A stretch of DNA of 64,000 nt from Tubiluchus corallicola (Eukaryota > Animalia > Priapulida). Below, one piece after another: positions 60,587 through 64,000 of this stretch; the stretch's first letter is position 1; every line of letters begins with the position of its first letter. Made by a program: the position numbers and the translations under genes. The stretch covers positions 186,001 through 250,000 of the forward strand of contig JAQGDQ010000292.1 of the NCBI GenBank assembly GCA_030141605.1, given 5' to 3'. A model generated the notes under the pieces. The model saw only the letters and a program-made list of their open reading frames with translations. It ran no database searches and was not told the DNA's origin.

Positions 60587-63044
60587 TAGGTTGCAACCGA
60601 ATAAAATATTTGGTATCTTTCCAACGTGCACACACAACGTGCTTTCTACAATACATTAAAATATCATTTTCATGTGAAATAAAGAAACAGTAATATTGTT
60701 AGACGAATACTGTGCATTAGCAATGTGTAAGAAGTAGAAATTATGTAAACTGATCAGCTAATTAAGGCTGAGTTGTTTCTTGCTCATCGTACCTGCAAAC
60801 CAACACTCAGATTCTCCACTGATTGATTCTCATATGGAGTAACTGATCCCTCTGGTTCCGTGTTTACTTGACTAATTTTGCTAAAATAATAATATTGATG
60901 GTGATAATAATTAACAATGTCACTGGCCCAGCGGTAACAGCAACAGCAACAATAACAATAATTCAAAATTATCTCTGTGACCAGAAAATCGTTAAGAGCC
61001 GTCCTATTTGCGCCATCCTATTTTTTTAAAGTTCCACTTTAGAAGAAACTAGAACATTTGAAGTTGTACATTTACCTTGTTCTGTCGACGGTAGCATAAG
61101 GTGAATAGTCTTTTAAAATAGCATCTTCAGTTACTGTATTTTGGTACATCTGATCTTCGAATTTGCTGTTTTCGTACATCTCGTCTACAGATTCGTAGTA
61201 GTTAGCATTTGAATATCGCTGCTCCTGTTGCACCACTTCTGGCGTAGGCTCTTCAAACGACGGTTTACGTTGCTCTGACTCTTGTAAATCTAATGCAGCA
61301 TTTTGGTATTCATCTGATTGGTCGCTAGTCCACTGTGTCTCCGGTGGTTCCATCCAAATTCGGAGATCTACTCCCGCTAAATGTGTCTGAACTTCAATTG
61401 ATCTAGACTCAGTTGACGCAGTGGAGATACTTCTAGCCATAGGAAGTGGAACAATACCAGCATCTGTGTAGTAGAATGCCATTCACGGTGATATGGTATA
61501 ATAATACTCTAGTGCAATTATAAAGCATTCATAATTTTAATTTCAAAAGTAATGTTGGCGTAAAACCCGTATTCATTATTTTGTTTAGATGAAACTCGGC
61601 AAAAAGGGAGAAATGTGAAAAATTAAAAAAATAAACCTGTATTTGAACCAGTAACTTTTAGATTACAAATTCAAGGTCATGATTATTAGACCACACAATT
61701 TCTTGTGATAGCTTAGCAATCAATCCACAAGTTATTTTTTGTAATTAACCTAGAGCTGGAATAATTTGTGGATAATGAGTTAATTAATAATTATTATTAT
61801 GATTTATTTATTATTAATGGTTAATAAAAGCAATTTGTTAGGATTGGATTAAGGCTTGGCTTTATTAGAAATGGTTATGTGGCTTGTGGTATTGCGGTCA
61901 TGGCAGGCAGTGGACCTGCAAAATTGCAGGGCTCCACTCACTTTGATAGTCTTCAATAGGTTCTTCGTTATGTCGGCTGTGGAACTCATCTACCTCACTT
62001 TCGTCACTGACTGGAGTGCGAGCATCATGCACTTCAAGATCATCTTCTTCTTCTGTGTCAACTGCCCTGTCTAGTTCTTCGTCGTGGTCTTCAATTTGTC
62101 GCCGGAGTGATGGACTCACTTTTTCTTCTTGTGGATGTAACCTCCAGTTGTCAGGCTCAGCTTCAGATGAAGATTGGGGCTCAACGATCTCTGCGATTTG
62201 TCTGTTAGTTGAAAAGTGAACGATCAATAAATTTTTAAAGACATTTGTCAGAAATCATCGTTGTTGCTTCCTTGTAACAACAACTAATCACAGGCTAAAG
62301 GACGTTAGTTTTTCATGAATTATTTGGGCATAAAAAAGCAAATGATTCTTATAAAAATCATCGTCATCATTATTGTTTGTACCTGTTCACGACTATAGCA
62401 CTTCTTTGGCGCAATGACTGTTGGGCCTCTGACCCTGTTGGTTCTGCGTGCATATATCCACCTATAAAGAAGATATAAATTTTAAAATCGCTTTCTTGTA
62501 GAATTGAAAATGTCCAAAGAACAAAGAACTATCGCAGAATAAACTCAAATTTGCTCATGCCTAAGTGTGAAGCGCAACATAATAATATAATGAAACTTGA
62601 ACACTTACTGTTTGGATCTTCATTGACTACTTCAGTTTTTATGGAGCCTGTGCAATTACAAAAAAAAATACAAAAGCACACATGCTTAACACATGTATAT
62701 AAAGCGTATATTATGTACGTAAAAAGTTTCACGTGCGTTTTTGCTCATAGGTTAATTTTGGTTGTTTAAAATAAAAATTTAAATTTATTGTTAATGCCTA
62801 AACTAGTTTTCCAATTTTCTGATCCATTTTGGATGTAATTTTAATCATTGTGCTTGAGATAGTTTAGTTTTTACACTGTGCTATAAAAATTTAAAAAATT
62901 GTTTATTTACATAGTAAAGAACTAGCATAGATCTAAAATAAGTAATCTCTCACTCTTTTTCCTGGATTTGGAATTGTCCAAACTCGTCAAAAATGGACCA
63001 ATTTTCGGCTTCTTAAGTCCAATTTGCTTAGGTGTTCTTCCTTC
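59177..63044 (-). CDS. 3' exons of an unidentified gene with a long acidic, Gln/Pro-rich disordered tail (exons 63044-62954, 62461-62383, 62201-61942, 61463-61076, 60880-60793, 60532-60410, 60280-59177)
   Basis: Seven open segments with canonical AG/GT boundaries and mutually compatible phases (1,2,1,2,0,0); the 5' part lies beyond the right edge. Confidence 0.8.
60549..60582. repeat. (TA)n microsatellite
   Basis: Seen directly. Confidence 0.95.
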
Positions 63045-63285
63045 CTAAAAACAACTGCCAATTGATGGTGATGCATATACAAATGTAAAGTTTTATTTAC
63101 TATCATGTTAATATATTTGCGACATAAAATATTTGCGATGCAGTGGTAAATTTATGCTAAGTACAGAAAAAAATACAAACTTCGCACAAATTTAAATAAA
63201 TTCATAATTATGAAAAGTGATGTTAACTAGAATAATAATCTTAAGATGATTAATGTCATGGGATTTTCTATTTATCATTCCAGTT

Positions 63286-63892
63286 CAGTAGCAGCTCATG
63301 CATAGGTAATGTGGTACTGCAGCACCACCTGTTTTCACTCATTATTATCGATAATATCCAATGTAATAAATCTTTTTTCTTTAGTTCTTTTTTTATACAT
63401 GTGCGGAACTTGGAGCACGTGAGGGAAGTACAATTTGCTTCATAGCCCAAGCAACGTGGGGTTTGGCTGTTGTGCGCATGCGGCCATGCGCACATGTCTA
63501 AAATAATACGCTGTAGGCTAGGGTCTGCTGCTAGGTAGAGAAAGTACTATCTCTAACACAGTAACACTTGCCACGTGCTTACCGTGTACCGTCATATTAT
63601 TGGATGTGATAATGTGTAGACTTAGGGTGTGTGCTTAAAATATAAGTTATTTAGTAATGGACGCCTTGCATCACCAAGAAATAAGTTCTGTCACTGTAAG
63701 TTTAATTTTTCACAGTTGTCTCTTCATGAGAAAGTTATAGTTAAGAAAATATGCCGTTCAACATCTGGTCTTCAAATATAACCTCAGCATTAAAAACTAC
63801 ATATGTTTGTTACGTTTTACACAGTATTAAAACAATGGCTGAAAATTTTCTGAAACAGCACCCCCATTAATTTTAGCTACGAGCCGTCACTG
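63286..63892. mobile_element. hAT-type MITE, intact copy
   Basis: TIR CAGTAGCAGCTC / GAGCCGTCACTG; 8-bp TSD TTCCAGTT/TTCGAGTT; homologous to 49993-50534. Confidence 0.85.
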
Positions 63893-64000
63893 TTCGAGTT
63901 CATGTCACTGGAAGTTTTCCTGCGTTTCATCTGAAAAACAATGTAATACTGCAATCTGACCTTGTTTCTCTTGGTTAAGCTTGCACCATTTAGCACAAGA

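Overview
AT-rich, intron-rich animal genomic DNA. Most of the window (499-44587, minus strand) is an IQGAP gene. I traced 26 coding exons with consistent splice phases, covering the CH domain, IQGAP repeats, WW domain, four IQ motifs and the start of the RasGAP-related domain; the gene runs off the left edge. The main oddity lies in the 22.4-kb intron 6 (13007-35357): about 19.6 kb of same-strand open reading frame (15208-34812), broken only by a single-base insertion at 24106. It begins at a good splice acceptor that is in phase with IQGAP exon 6, and its first residues resemble IQGAP exon 7. It therefore looks like a giant alternative terminal exon. The predicted product is about 6,700 aa: the IQGAP actin-binding CH domain, three unfamiliar repeat arrays (~230-aa A/B units, ~30-aa W-x-E-x-E units, nine near-identical 256-aa units), an 11-residue-period coiled coil, paired CxxC motifs and a C-terminal hydrophobic anchor. 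The window also holds an intronless COP9 signalosome subunit 7 CDS, the 3' exons of an unidentified gene with a Tyr-motif-rich disordered tail, several MITEs (some nested), decayed LINE and PHD remnants, a ~310-bp fold-back and simple repeats. All calls come from reading the sequence by eye; no database searches were run.
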